From Octopus sinensis (lineage: Eukaryota): a stretch of 64,000 nt of DNA. Shown here piece by piece: positions 1 to 12,911 of the stretch (position 1 is the first letter of the stretch; each line of letters starts with the position of its first letter). The position numbers and the translations under genes were made by a program. A model generated the notes under the pieces. The model did not search any database. It was given only the letters and a program-made list of their open reading frames with translations, and was not told the origin of the DNA. The DNA lies in NCBI RefSeq assembly GCF_006345805.1, contig NC_043010.1, forward strand, positions 16,306,001 through 16,370,000, read 5' to 3'.

Positions 1-44
1 AGTAATAGTAGCAGCAGCTTAATTTTTCTTAATCAAGGGCTTAA

Positions 45-240
45 TCCCGACTCCACCAGATATTTCAAGCATCTCAGGGATAATTTCTGAAGGACCAGGG
101 GCATTTAATAACCTTTCATAGCAGCTCTTTCACACCTCTTTCTTTTCTAAGTCATTAAGTCTGTGTGTATAGCTCAGAAGTGAATGCAAGCAATATGCAT
201 TAAAAGAAGGCTTCAGTGACTACGTGATAGTGTAGGGCAT
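45..240 (-). mobile_element. Decayed RTE-type LINE fragment
   Basis: The reverse complement reads as YERLLN... and (A)PGPSEIIPEMLEISGGVG, resembling the KAPGPSGITAEMIKIAGGIG segment of the LINE at 8.1-10.0 kb. Confidence 0.55.
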
Positions 241-998
241 GGTTGGATTTAGCAAGTTGCATGAGCATTGTTAAGGTGTAGATTTTTTTTCTTTTTTTTT
301 TTTTGGTCTGTGTGTTTACAGTAATAAACACATAAAATGAACTGAAATTCAAACAGCGTTTGTGTTGGTTTACACTGACAGACCATCTCGTAAAGCCTGT
401 GCATTGAGTGTGGTTGACAGAAACTGAAAGAAGCCTATCGTATATGTATTCATAGATATGTTTGTGTGTGTTTCCTTGTCTTGACAACAGGTGATAATTG
501 TAAATGAATGTCATTGTCATACAAGTGGTGTCCTCTTTCATTTCCAATCTTCCATGAAAACATGTCCAACCATGGGGAAATATTACTTTGCTTTGGAAAC
601 TGGTGATAGGAAAATCTACTTGAATGGATTCCAGTTGACCCATAGAAAAGTGTCTATTAAAACAACAAGGATGATATATAATGCAGCATCAAAGACTTTG
701 TTTGTAGCAGTATTTTGAACATATATACACATATATACACAGAATTTGATTTCCCTGTTAAATTAAAATCTGGCGCGAGGTGAGACTTGAAATGGTGAAG
801 TTTTCAGCAAGAGGCAGGAAACCCAATGATTCAGCAGAAAGTGGAGAATCAAGCAATAGAAAAGAGGAAGGACAGGTGAGATGGACGTAGACATACATTT
901 TCTGAAGTGGGTGTATCCTATTGTTTTGTTTTAATTTCTTAAAATCTCACAACTTTTCTTGGTGTTAATGAAAGTCTATTGTTTTCTTTGTGTGACAG

Positions 999-1097
999 GT
1001 CATGTTCCTCCGTAACCACGGTATCGTAGCTTGTGGCGAGTCAATTGAAGAGGCTTATCATTTTGCTTTTAATGTCATGAAAGCTTGTGACACTCAG
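999..1097 (+). CDS. hts: Adducin exon (aldolase-like head, C-terminal part): [33 protein letters not shown]
   Basis: tgtgacAG acceptor, CAG|gtaaat donor, 99 nt, phase 0-0. [13 protein letters not shown] is the class II aldolase/adducin head motif. Confidence 0.97.
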
Positions 1098-2622
1098 GTA
1101 AATAATTTCTTCACTTATATTTTGCCACAGATTCTCATATGAGATATACTGTAAAGGCAATTGTAGTTCTGACTTTGGCGCTAAGGCAGGCTCTAAACTG
1201 CTGTTATCAGTTAAGGTTTCTTTAAGCTTTCAGTGATTTCTGTAGTTTAAAAGAATTGACCAAACTTAAATTTTCAGATTAAAATGTGTGGTCTTATACT
1301 TAGATAAAATATTATTATTCTTATTAGTTTAATAAAATTTGTTAATATTAATTTAAATTACTAGAGTTATGATTACTTTTGTGTTATTGGGCATTTTTTA
1401 AATTCATATTTTCATTACAAGCCATAAAAAAAAAAGAATACTATAGCAAATGGATTCTTATAGAACAATTAACTAAATTTCTTTTATTCTAACATTCTCA
1501 AAAAACAAAGACTTTTTTCTAGAGATAATTAGTTTAGATTTAATAACAAAAATCTGATTGTGTTACCTTTTGTTGTAAAGTCAAGTGCATTTACTTAAAA
1601 CTTAAAATTGACATCTCTTTACCTGACACTAAAGACTTGTACTTCTTTTAATATTTAATGTCTGATTGACTAACAAGTAACTAAGGCTGGAGTTAGCAGT
1701 TTGCTGAAACCTGTGGCTGCTAGTTGCCAAAGTCTTTCCTTACTCAGTATTGGTAGAGTTCTACTCAACTGAATTTACCCCCAGTATTTTACTGTTATTT
1801 ATTTCACCAATTCAAAAGCATGGCTGAGCAAACGAGATTCCATCAGCTCTGGTTCCTGATTATTTGCACCTGGAGATAACTGGAGAACTACCGTGAAGTA
1901 GGGTGTCTGGCACGCTGTCATTTCTGTTAACAATAACAGCATGGAAAGATGTGTAGCACAAACATTAAGGGAAGTAAAATGGCCTTTCCAAAATAAAGAG
2001 CCTAGATTCTGAACGAATGTGAGGATCCATCATCATAAGAGAAGGTATAAAGCACATAGTGTAAACCCATGAAGGATGTCGGGACATGATAAGCTGAGAA
2101 GTTTAATGAGATAATAACAGAGCTGTAGAGAAATCCTGACAGGCCTAGAGGAAAGAGACCATCTTAATTCTCAACACTAAAGAATCAATGAACCCTAACT
2201 TGTATCAACCCATTTAACTGTAACCGTTCCTACAGACTGTAACGGCAATATTGCAAAGAGTGAATAAATTTGCAAACATGGAGCTACTTTCTAGAAGAAC
2301 AATAGAAATGCTGCAATGGTTTATATGGTTGTAAAGATCAATAACTGGTCAATAAAGTTATAACTGAAGACTGATGAATGATTGTGTTTCACCAATTGTA
2401 AAACCTAACCTAAACTATACTAACCTGAACTTGTCAGTTCAATTTCCTGATTTAAAAAAAAAACAAACTGGTATTTTCCTGTTTTCACTGATGAAAAAGT
2501 GTGGCATCTTTAGGAGAGAAAACATTTCATTGACTGCTGAAAAATCTATTTAAATTTATAATGCGAAATTGTAGTTTTGTTTGTTTGTGTTTGTCACTTG
2601 TGATTCAATGTCTCATTTTTAG

Positions 2623-2796
2623 ATTCATGCTTTGCCGGCTGGTTTGGACAATCTTGTCCTTGTGAATGAAGAAACCCAAAAGAAAACATTCACTATAGCC
2701 AATCAAAGTGGTGGCGGTGGTGTCGATACCAGTGGAAGGAAATGGAAAACTGGGGAACTGGAGTTTGAGGCTCTCATGCGAATGATGGACAACTGT
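2623..2796 (+). CDS. hts: Adducin exon: IHALPAGLDNLVLVNEETQKKTFTIANQSGGGGVDTSGRKWKTGELEFEALMRMMDNC
   Basis: tttttAG acceptor, gtaagt donor, 174 nt, phase 0-0. W..GELEFEALMRM.DN is a conserved adducin motif. Confidence 0.97.
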
Positions 2797-4484
2797 GTAA
2801 GTTTCTGATTCGATATTTTCCGAAGTTAGGTCAGATGCTGTGATATTTCTTTAGACCCAGTTTGTGTGAAGACAGGAATGTGGTTTATTGGTAGAATGCC
2901 ATAAACAAAAGTTTGCTTTGCTGATGTCTGCCTGAAAAACCATACTGTATTGTGTATGTGTATATGTATATATATCGTAAATTCTGTACTGCATCTGTGT
3001 GTGTGTATGTAGATAGTTAGATATATACACATGTGTGTGTGTAGATAGATATACACGTGTGTGTGTGTGTGTGTGTGTGTATTGTAAGCAGTAAATATAT
3101 GTGAGGTAAGTTTCAAAGCGTGTTACGTGAGAGAATTTAAACGAAGGCTTTATTTTGTGATTTATTAGTGCCACGTAGAATGGATGTGTGAAGTTAGTGT
3201 AGTCAGTGCTTTGAGAGGATTGTCACTGGTTGGAACCATAAAAGCAAGGAGAGAAACTTTTGGATGCATATAGAAGGATTAAATGAAGGAGTCAAGAAGG
3301 GAGATCCAATTGGTATAATCTAAAGTTAAAAATAAAAATGAATTTTGAACGGTTTGTTGTAGTTTGTATATTCAGAAAAGCTGAAACCTCTGGAATTTGT
3401 GAATATGGTTTGTTTGTCACATTTTTTTTTAATTTAAAACAGATCTGCATTTCATATACTGTTTATGATATTGTCCTAGTTGAACAAATCTATGATTGAA
3501 GGTATTCAAGCTTAAAATAAGCACTGTGCATCTAGGACTATATTATCTGATGTGTCCTTTTTTAAGGCATCAGTGTGTGATTTGAAGGGAGTTTGTTACT
3601 GTTTCTTGTTGGAGGAATTGATTGCATAAATGCTCCTTTGTTGGTTCCATAACTATGTACACTTATGTCTCAAGTGGAATGATTTGTTATTAGTTTTGAA
3701 CATCTCAAGTTTGCTTTTGGTTCCTAACTTGGTGTGTGTGTCTATGTTTTAAAACTCATAATTAGGAGTCACTCAATAATTGACACCATGAAGATAAAAT
3801 ATGTCAGCCTTAGGTAGCAAGTTGTAAGCCACAAAGAATCTAATTACGAAGGAGTGATGACCATATATTTAAGTAAGAGAGAAGTAACTGATTCCAATGC
3901 TCTCAACATGAGAATTAATCACAGTTGAGCAGATATTATTCTTTAACCAACCAATCAAGCAAGGGAGACCCTTGTGAGCAGTTTTGATTCAGCTTAGCCT
4001 TTTATTCATTGACGCTCTACTAAATTGACATGCTGCATAGAAAAATGTTTATTCAAAGAAAGAGCAATTAGTTTTGTTGCATCTGTTGATTGTAGAAGGC
4101 AGAATAACTAATAACTGACAAGGGTTCATGAAATATGATTAGCTGTTAAACAAATAGCGTCCAGATTTAATGCCAATTTAGATTGATCTCTCAATATATA
4201 GTAGGACATCTTACATATATCAAAGATATCACACATTATTTAGTGAGGTGTAGGTTCAATATCCCTGTAGTCTTGCAATAAATTTTGTTAATTCTTTCTA
4301 AGTTTGTTCACTTTAAATTCTGAGAGGTCATTTAGATTTTATTTATTTTATTTTTTTTAGTTTTTGCCAGAATATGAAAACCTGTACACAAAAAATGTCA
4401 GTGAATATGAAATGTGAAAATATTCTAGTAATTAAAAGATTTTGTTGAGGAACTGTAGCAAATAATAAAGGATATTAGGATTTA

Positions 4485-4678
4485 GGCGCAGGAGTGGCTG
4501 TGTGGTAAGTAGCTTGCTAACCAACCACATGGTTGCAGGTTCAGTCCCACTGCGTGGCATCTTGGGAAAGTGTCTTCTGCTATAGCCCCGGGCCGACCAA
4601 TGCCTTGTGAGTGGATTTGGTAGACGGAAACTGAAAGAAGCCTGTCGTATATGTATATATATATATATATATATATAA

Positions 4679-4710
<32 letters not shown>

Positions 4711-4908
4711 CTGTGTTTGTCCCCCTAGCATTGCTTGACAACCGATGCTGGTGTGTTTACGTCCCTGTCACTTAGCGGTTCGGCAAAAGAGACTGATAGA
4801 ATAAGTACTGGGCTTACAAAGAATAAGTCCCGGGATCGATTTGCTCGACTAAAGGCGGTGCTCTAGCATGGCCGCAGTCAAATGACTGAAACAAGTAAAA
4901 GAGTAAAG
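4485..4908 (+). mobile_element. tRNA-derived SINE, family A, with internal (TA)n(TG)n
   Basis: A-box-like TGGCTGTGTGG and B-box-like GGTTCAGTCC in the head. A reverse copy lies at about 49560-49833 and a fragment at about 390-500. Confidence 0.85.
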
Positions 4909-5708
4909 AAATACATGAAAGGTGATGTTGCTTTCAGTTAGGTGTCTGATTATTTTAATTATGAATTATTTGATAATGATGATACTTGTGACCATTGACT
5001 AAATTATAACAATAACTTTAAATTGGAGCTAGTTTCATCGGTGAACATCAGTTTATTCAAAATGTTATACTATTTTCTTGTTGGATAAATAAATAAATTC
5101 AACTTTAAATATAACCTTTCTCTTACAGTCCTTTCAATAGTAGGAAGTTCAAGTCTTTTATCAGTTGGCAAATAATCTTGTATTAATCAGAATTTGTTGT
5201 TAGTTTTGACTACAAGAAATAATTTCCTGCAAACTATATCTAATCGGAATTCTTCCATTTCCTCTACAGGCCAACAAAAGATGATTGATAATAATTCAGG
5301 TTCTTATTACTATAGGATATGGCACAGACCGTTTCTTCTACTCCTTTGAATTAAAAATTGTTACTATATAATTTTATTTTAAACATCTAATAAAATTTCA
5401 TAATTTAATTGGTTGACATTATTTGCTACAGAGTGAACTAATTAGTTACTATCTCTCCTGCGACATTTTAGTGTACTTTGGAAAAGTTTTAAAGTAGATT
5501 TGTTAAAATACCTTAAAAGAAAGAAAACATTTTTAAAAAAAAAGTCTATTTTCAGTTCTAGTTTCATGACAAAATATTAACAGGATTACCACAGAATTTT
5601 TTTTCTTTTCTAAAATCTGCTTCAGTTGTGATTCAGCACATCTTTTTACAAAAGAGGGCGTTTTTAATTGCTTAATCTTTGTTTGTTTTTCATCCCCTCT
5701 CCTTACAG

Positions 5709-5848
5709 GGTTTCCGCACAGGGTACATCTATCGTAACCCTTTAATAAGACAGGAGAAAGATCATGCAAATAGTGATATTGAGATACCACCTACATCAAG
5801 CTCATTTACCTATGTCTATGATGGTGATGTTGATCGCTCCAAATATGT
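5709..5848 (+). CDS. hts: Adducin exon: GFRTGYIYRNPLIRQEKDHANSDIEIPPTSSSFTYVYDGDVDRSKYV
   Basis: ccttacAG acceptor, gtaagt donor, 140 nt, phase 0-2. G.RTGY.YR.P and D(I/V)E(I/V)PP are adducin neck motifs. Confidence 0.96.
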
Positions 5849-6439
5849 GTAAGTTTAATTTCATTTCAGTCTATTCTGATGCTTTTTTTCTTTATTGAAA
5901 TACTTTGGCTGGTTAAAATAATGGTTAACTGTTTTTCACCTTTTCCTATCTCATTTTGTCAAGTTATTGCTGAAACAGATTAAAAACGAAAAATTTTATT
6001 TTTCTTCTTTGAAGATTCACTCTACTAGAACAATTCTTCAAACTTTATCCTTAATTTGTTATCTTGGTGTTGAAATCTTTCTCAGGGTTAAACTTTATCA
6101 ACGCCTCTCCAGGACATTAAATCTTCCACTCACACAGTAGTCTTAAATTAAAAAATAGCTATTAATATATTGATATTAGTCCAACTAGTCAAATAAATTT
6201 ATTAGTTGTTGGATCATACATCCTTTAAAACCTCCATGTTTCCTGAAATTCACCAACATTACACCTGATACCCCCCCCCCCTCAATACGCATGCACACAT
6301 GTATATCATGGCTCCTACACTATTCACTTTCCTGGCATTTGTACATAATTCTATTTACCATACATGCACCTTTGATGAGTTGTAGTGCACCTGAGCATTA
6401 TTATTATTATTTTAAATCTGAGTGTTGTCATTGTTGCAG

Positions 6440-6572
6440 GTCTCCACTCCGAACAGCCCTTGAAAGACAGAAACAGCAGCAGTACAAAGCTGGTTGGTTA
6501 ACTTCGCCAAACACATACAAAAAACAAGAAATTGATGAAATTGGTACAACAAATCCAAAGAAGATTACAAAG
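6440..6572 (+). CDS. hts: Adducin exon: SPLRTALERQKQQQYKAGWLTSPNTYKKQEIDEIGTTNPKKITK
   Basis: ttgttgcAG acceptor, AAG|gtaaaa donor, 133 nt, phase 2-0, restoring the frame. WL.SPNTY and KITKW (across the junction) are adducin motifs. Confidence 0.96.
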
Positions 6573-7780
6573 GTAAAACAGAAAGAGTTCGAACGTTTTC
6601 ATGCCACCATTGTCACAAATATTTTTTCCTCATCACTATATGAGAGTTGTCTCCCTTGCGCTATGTTATCTTTGTCCCTTTAATTGGGTTGACCTTGTGT
6701 CTGCACAGGCTTGGTCAAGGACATAACAAGGTGCAAAGCCTTCTCCTTCAATCCTACTCTCCCCTCAGTTTTATCTTGCAAGTTACTTGGTGCTATGTAA
6801 AAAGCAGCCTCCACAAAGTGGTTGACAATAGGAAGGGCATCCAACCATTGAAACCAAACCAAATGACGCCTATGGACACTAGTTATTGGACCTGTAGCTC
6901 CAAAGAAGAAACCTCTTGGACTGTGATGAACCTTCCGCCCCATGTCAGCATGAATGTATGCAGTTGCTTGCTAGTCCAGCAAATTTGTATTTCAATGGAT
7001 CACATCATAATTAGGATTATATTTACAAGACCATCGACCCCTTCATGGAATCCTTGACCCCCCCCTCCATCAACTCCCAGGTATGTGCAAGAAAATAAAT
7101 AATGATGATAACTAAGTAGATGTGCATTTATCAACACCTTGAACAGTCCCATTGACTCTCAGGGATCAATATCAGCGACTTTGGAGGCCCCTGATATAGG
7201 GTGACAAACTTTTTTTTTTTCAAAGGACAGTTTCAATTCTCTCAGAAATACATGAATATAATTTATCTCCTTTGGGATATAGAAATAGACTCCTTTTTCT
7301 ATTGTTTCCCTGCATATCTCCTGGTAATTCATTATTGCCACTAGCTTACCATCCCTAAATGATGCCGTTCTTGTTCCCAATTCTTCATCACCTCCTATGA
7401 TGCACAAGAACATGAGTCATCAACTCTAAAACCGATATACACTTCATATTGCCCACTGGTCTTGAATAGTTTCCTAGTTAGACTCAACCTAGATTTTAAC
7501 TCAAAACTAGCCACTTCTAAAGAAATTCTACTCTTTGTTTGTTGTTTGTTTAGTTTTTCTACATATTTCATTTCATTGTTAATCCTTTCTATTAACATTA
7601 ATTGAATGTGTTTCTCTGAATAAAGTTGGTTTTTAAAGTTAGGGCTTTTGAAGAACGTGAAAATATTGTGCTGTGAAATTAGAAAGATGTATTTAGAGTG
7701 CTTTTGTAATGGCTTATATCAACATTTAGGTCCCTTTCTTACTCATGGATTCAATCATTTTCAAACTAAATATTTTTCAG

Positions 7781-7894
7781 TGGGTTGCTGAGAGTTCCGA
7801 CAGTACAAAAAGTGTGAATATAAAGGTAGAAAAGGCAAACCAGTTTGCCCCACAGGGAGAAAACCCTAAGGAGTTTAGAGAGAAACAAAAGCAG
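7781..7894 (+). CDS. hts: Adducin exon: WVAESSDSTKSVNIKVEKANQFAPQGENPKEFREKQKQ
   Basis: tatttttcAG acceptor, CAG|gttggt donor, 114 nt, phase 0-0. NQF.P...NPKE is an adducin motif. Confidence 0.95.
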
Positions 7895-7933
7895 GTTGGT
7901 AATTTTTGTTTCTTAAATTGTTTCTAACAATTT

Positions 7934-8078
7934 TGGGGGAGGTAGTGGGATCAACTCCAGTGCTAAACAAGACAAAAGGCAAAGTTGACCTCAGTGGAAT
8001 TTCAACTCAGAATGTATAGATGGAAGAAATGCTACTAAGCATTTTTCCTGATGTGGTAACAATTCTGCCAGCTCGCTC
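7934..8078 (-). mobile_element. SINE family B (internally deleted copy)
   Basis: The reverse complement matches the copy at 49949-50180 (GAGTTGAAATTCC..GAGGTCAACTTTGCC). Confidence 0.75.
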
Positions 8079-8099
8079 TAGTAAGCTGGCTGTTAACTG

Positions 8100-10020
8100 T
8101 GGCTACCTAATTTTGATGGGCAGTGGAGTCAGGCATTTTTACTTCTTCCACAACTTTTATAATCCATTCAAAAAACCAGCCAGTCACCTAATCACTTATC
8201 TGTCTGGTGAACACATAAGCCAGATTGACTTCCTCCTTACCAGGCAACAAGATAGATGGATGCTTAAAAATGCAAAGTCTTTCCCAGGTGAAGAGTGTAC
8301 AACCTGACATAGGTTACTAGTTAGTGACTTCAGAATTAGAGCTAGAAAGATCAGGGAAATAAACCAATATGGAAAATAAGACTATGGAAGCTCAAAGACA
8401 CAGCAAACAGACAAAAATGTAGAGATTTACTTGTGGAAACTTCTGACGAAAGAGAGGAAGAGTTGGGGGACATACAGCTTAGAGGATAACTGGAAGTTCT
8501 TGTGGGACAATCAACTGAGAGCTATGGATGAAATATGTGGTTGGTGCAGTATCCCAGCTAGACCAAGGATGACATGGGGGGTGGAACAAGGAAGTTGACA
8601 GTGTTATAAAAGCAAAAAGACAAGACTAGAAAAACGGTGGAAGCAAGAATTATATCAGGTAACCAAAAGGGCAGCTAGGTGTCAGGTATACATAGCAACA
8701 GGAGTAGCTGGAGGTAAGAGAGGATCAGAGGTGTAAGGTGTTCAGGATTGCAAAGCAGTGTATCAGAGAAAATAGAGACGTGGTAGGTGAGAAATGTGTG
8801 CGAATGGATAATGGTATGCTTGCACTTAGTGACTCAGAGAAGATGCATGGAAGTGTCACTTTGGAAGGTTATTAGATATGGAAAATGAATGAGAGAAGGA
8901 GACTTTACCAAATATCGAACCAACTGAAGGACCAGCCATCAGAGTTGATAACAGCTTAATAGATAAGGCAATTAAGGATATGAAGACAGGAAAAGCCCCT
9001 GGGCCATCAGGAATCACTGCCGAGATGATTAAAATTGCTGGTGGCATAGGATACAGCTTTGGCACCCGTATAGCTAATCAGCTTATTCAGGAAGGCACCA
9101 TCTCTGACAACTGGTGTAGTCTGCTATCAGGATAAAGGTGACGACTTAGATAGAAACAAGTCATGAAAATTGCTGAGAGGTTTATAGCTCAACTGATTAG
9201 AAATAGAATTAAACTAGATGAGATGCAGTTTGGTTTTGTACCTGGGAAGAGTACCACAGATGTCATCTTCCTAGTGAGACAGCTGCAGGAAATGGCCAAA
9301 AGTAAGCCATTGTACTTAGCCTTCGTCAACCTGGAAAAAGCTTTTGACAGAGTTCCCCACTCTGTTATATGGTGGTCTCTAAGGAAGTTAGGAGTAGAGG
9401 AATGGCTTGTTAGAGCTGTCCAAACCATGTACGGTGGTGCTGTCAGTTAGGTGAGAGTTAGCCCTGAATACAGTGATGAGTTTAGTGTTCAGGTAGAGGT
9501 TCATCAGGGCTCAGTTCTCAGCCCCCTCTTATTCATTATAGTCATCCAGGCCATAACAGAGCAATTCAAGATTGGGTGCTGATGACCTTGCTCTTATTGC
9601 AGAATTAGAGAAGAAATTCCAGGAATGGAAACAAAACCTGGAATCAAAGGACCTTAAAGTTAACCTAGCAAAGACAAAACTGGTTCTTAGTGAGAAAGAA
9701 GATAAAACTCTCAACCAGGTAAAGGGCCCTGCTCAGTATGTAGGAAAGGGGCTGGAAGAAATTCCATCTGTTGTAGCCAGTGTAAACAGAAGAGATGCAG
9801 TGGAATCACAGGTAGATTAACAGATAAAGTCATCTTTGTATGTGGCAGGTGTGCAGGAACAATAAGCACTAAGAGCACAGAGGAATTAGATTCTCCCAAA
9901 TGCCCAGGAGGCTCTCTTGAGGTTGAAGATAGTTTCTGTTACCTAGGTGACCAAATTAGCAATGGTGGAGGATGCTCTGAAAGTATTGTTTCTAGAATAA
10001 GAATAAGGTGGAGGAAATTC
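8100..10020 (+). mobile_element. Decayed RTE-type non-LTR retrotransposon (endonuclease end plus RT)
   Basis: Fragments SQIDFLLTR, KAPGPSGITAEM, MQFGFVPGKSTTDVIFLVRQLQE, AFVNLEKAFDRVP, HQGSVLSPLLF and GADDLALIAE, with many stops and frameshifts. Confidence 0.93.
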
Positions 10021-10424
10021 ACCTCTTAATCGCACTCCCTTCGCAATATCCTGTCATTCATATTATGGCATTTGAACCTCAAGGCTATGCCCTGGCACTT
10101 GCCACTTTCTATATCTCTCTCTTCCATTACTCAACCATCTCATTTATACTCTGATCTCTGTTCCTTGTGAGCATGCCCGGCATTTTGCCACCATCACCAT
10201 CTTGCTGTCTCTCTCTCCCCCCCCCCCACTTCCCTCAAGTTGGCCAACCATATATTTTCTTTCTGGTAGCACACCTGTTTCTGTCTTCATTCCTGATCTT
10301 TCTCTCACCGGCCAGGTAATCATGTACTTCCTCTTCAGCAAGACACCTGTATCTATCTCACTATAACCTTTTCATCATCACCTCCTCCAATGCCTCCTCC
10401 TCTCTTAAAAGTTTTTGTCTTGCT

Positions 10425-10700
10425 AGTACTTGATGACCCATTCCACTCTGTAAAGTGGTTGGTGTTTGGAAGAGCATCCAGCTGTAAAAACCTTGCCAAA
10501 ACTGACCTTGCCTGTGCTTGTGCCACATAAAAAGCAGTAAGTCCACTCTGCTGAGTGGTTGGTGTTAGGAAGAGCATCCAGCTGTAAAAATCCTGCCAAA
10601 ACGGTCACATAAATCTGGTGCAGGCTTTGGCCTGGCCGGCTCTTGTGGTACCGTCCCACCCATGCTAGCAGGGAACGCGGACATTAAATGATGCTGTTGA
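10425..10700 (+). mobile_element. Short interspersed repeat family C, two partial tandem copies (LINE 3' end or SINE)
   Basis: GGTTGG(T/C)GTTAGGAAGAGCATCCAGCTGTA core occurs twice, ending GGACATTAAATGATG. Same family as 16681-16897. Confidence 0.75.
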
Positions 10701-11062
10701 TGGTTATGATATAAATTCTCTTAGTTGTCATGACAATTTGATTGTTGTTTCTCTGCCTTAAATTTCACTGTTCTGTTCTGTAAATTGGGGTCTAGGAATG
10801 AGTAAAGATGGTGAAGTAATGCTGGGGGTTATACTGTTGTTACCTGTTATTCTGTGGAATGGAAACCATAAAAGATGGTAGTGAAGGATTAAGTAGATTG
10901 GTGTTTGATTCCATCTCTGAAATGAGAAGGGATCTGATGAGTCCATTGGGTATGTTGAGGTTGTTGCAAGCAAACTTGGAGGATTAAATGAATGAAATGA
11001 GTTATTGTTAAGGATTAAAATTGTTTGAACTTTAGACTCTGTGCATGTCCATGGGCCATTAA

Positions 11063-11283
11063 CCCTTTTGATACCAACCCGGCCAAAACCGCCTCTGGCT
11101 CTGTAGTACAAATGTCTTGTTTTCATAAGTATTGAATTATAATCTTCCATCAAACCTTAGTCACAATTTACATTCCTAACACTAGCTTAATGATAACTAA
11201 GTTCTTTTACTAAATTCTTTGTTATATTTAAAGTAATTGAAAGAAATACAGAGCATCTCAAAATAAATACAGTAACAAAAGGG
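11063..11283. mobile_element. piggyBac-type MITE
   Basis: TTAA at 11059-11062 and 11284-11287. TIRs CCCTTTTGATAC / GTAACAAAAGGG match at 11 of 12 positions; no ORF. Confidence 0.85.
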
Positions 11284-11522
11284 TTAAGAGTATTGCAACC
11301 TTTAGTTTTGAAATGAAGGTTTCTAGTTGAAAGCCAAAATTAATCACCTGATGTTTGGAGATGAAGCAGACGGAAACGCTTTGAACATGTAAATCTCCCC
11401 ATAAAACGTTTAATTTCTAAAGATGGGTTTATTTTTGTTTGAAAATTTATAAAACTTTGACAAACATTGTGAAGTTTTATGCTTTATGTCTGAATTGTTA
11501 TATATTCTAAATCTTTTTTCAG

Positions 11523-11615
11523 ATCCGTAAGGATTATTATGAGGAGAGAGTACATGCTGGTCCTCAGTCCAAAGTTCTAGAGGGAACCACTTGGGAAGAA
11601 GCTCAAAAGATGAAG
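11523..11615 (+). CDS. hts: Adducin exon: IRKDYYEERVHAGPQSKVLEGTTWEEAQKMK
   Basis: ttttttcAG acceptor, AAG|gtttgt donor, 93 nt, phase 0-0. AGPQS.(V/I)L is an adducin motif. Confidence 0.96.
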
Positions 11616-12148
11616 GTTTGTCAATTTTCTATTATTGTTTTCAAAACAAATTCTTTATCACACATATTTACCTTATTCTTTTATCATAACACAGGATTAA
11701 TCAGAGATATTAGGTCAATAATCAGCTGTTATCTCACTTAAGTCTTCAACTCTTGGAGTCATATTTAGCAAAGATTCTATTTCATTTTCTTTTTTTTTTT
11801 TTCCTTCCCAGTCTTTTCATAAAATTCTTAGAACAATGACTCCCACCTCTTCTTCCCTCCCTCTCACACCATAGGAGACTATTAAATAATTTTTTTTATA
11901 TAAACTATATTAAAAAACTTTGGATATTATAAGTTTTGTTAAAGAGATAGCTTTGTAATTCATTTTATTGAATGTTTTCATCATTTTCTTCCCTTTTTTT
12001 ACTGATTAATTTTACTAAATATATTCCTTGTTCAATAATATTCAATTTAGTGTAAATTTCATTTCTGTTTTAATCTTCTTTTATTTTTCCACAAGCCACA
12101 CTCTAGTGTCTTGGTTTTAAGAGTTTAATGGTTGTATTTTTGTTGAAG

Positions 12149-12341
12149 GATGGCAACCTGAGTAGTGCATCAGACAGTGTAGTGATGATTGGTTCCGCTT
12201 CCAAGGGCATCATTCGACGTGACCATCAGCACAATGCCATTGTCTACAAGTCACTTTATTCTCCTAATCCTTTTGAAAATGTGTCTGAAGATGAGCTTGC
12301 AAAGTACAAAGAAAAAGTAGAGGGGAAAATAATTGAAGCAG
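12149..12341 (+). CDS. hts: Adducin exon: DGNLSSASDSVVMIGSASKGIIRRDHQHNAIVYKSLYSPNPFENVSEDELAKYKEKVEGKIIEA
   Basis: tttttgttgaAG acceptor, CAG|gtaacc donor, 193 nt, phase 0-1. ASKGII.R..QH.A and NPF....D.EL..YK..VE are adducin motifs. Confidence 0.96.
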
Positions 12342-12803
12342 GTAACCATAACAATTTTCTTATTGAATTGATGAGGTTGTAGGTAATGTATCAGTTGTTG
12401 GTGCTTGCAGTCTTTTGCTTATTAAGGACAAGACTAACTGGTTTCTTTACTAGTTTAGTGTTTATCCCATTGACTCAACTACATCAAAACTGCAATAAAT
12501 GTGTGTGAGAAATGGGAAAAACCTGGATTCAGTTGGAATTTTAATTTTCTTATTGATTTTTAAAACAAATTTCCATTTAAATATTTTGCCCTTTGAGGAT
12601 TATCTTTGTTTCCAGCCCTTTATTTCAACATTATTTTACATCTTTTTTTCCCTTTTACTTACTCTTTACCTCTTTTTTTTCTTTTTTTTTTTTTTTTGAC
12701 ATCTGTTTTTCTACCTATCCACCTTCTCCCTAGACTGGCTGCCATCTTTATTCTATTTATTTACTGGATCGAGTCACAATAAAACTTTTTTTTCTTGTCT
12801 CAG

Positions 12804-12911
12804 ATTCTGAAGATACAGAACCTGCTCCTGATGGCCGCCTCATCTCAACTGAAGAAAGAATGCAGCAAATTCGAAGTGATGGCGTTGACTTGAAGACAGA
12901 AGCTGAAGCGG
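12804..12911 (+). CDS. hts: Adducin tail exon: DSEDTEPAPDGRLISTEERMQQIRSDGVDLKTEAEA
   Basis: tttcttgtctcAG acceptor, G|gtatgt donor, 108 nt, phase 1-1, open in frame. Confidence 0.88.

Noticed and set aside
7159-7598. Two minus-strand ORFs (84 and 67 aa) that look protein-like
   Set aside because: No recognisable motif, splice structure or TE hallmark; possibly an unidentifiable relic.
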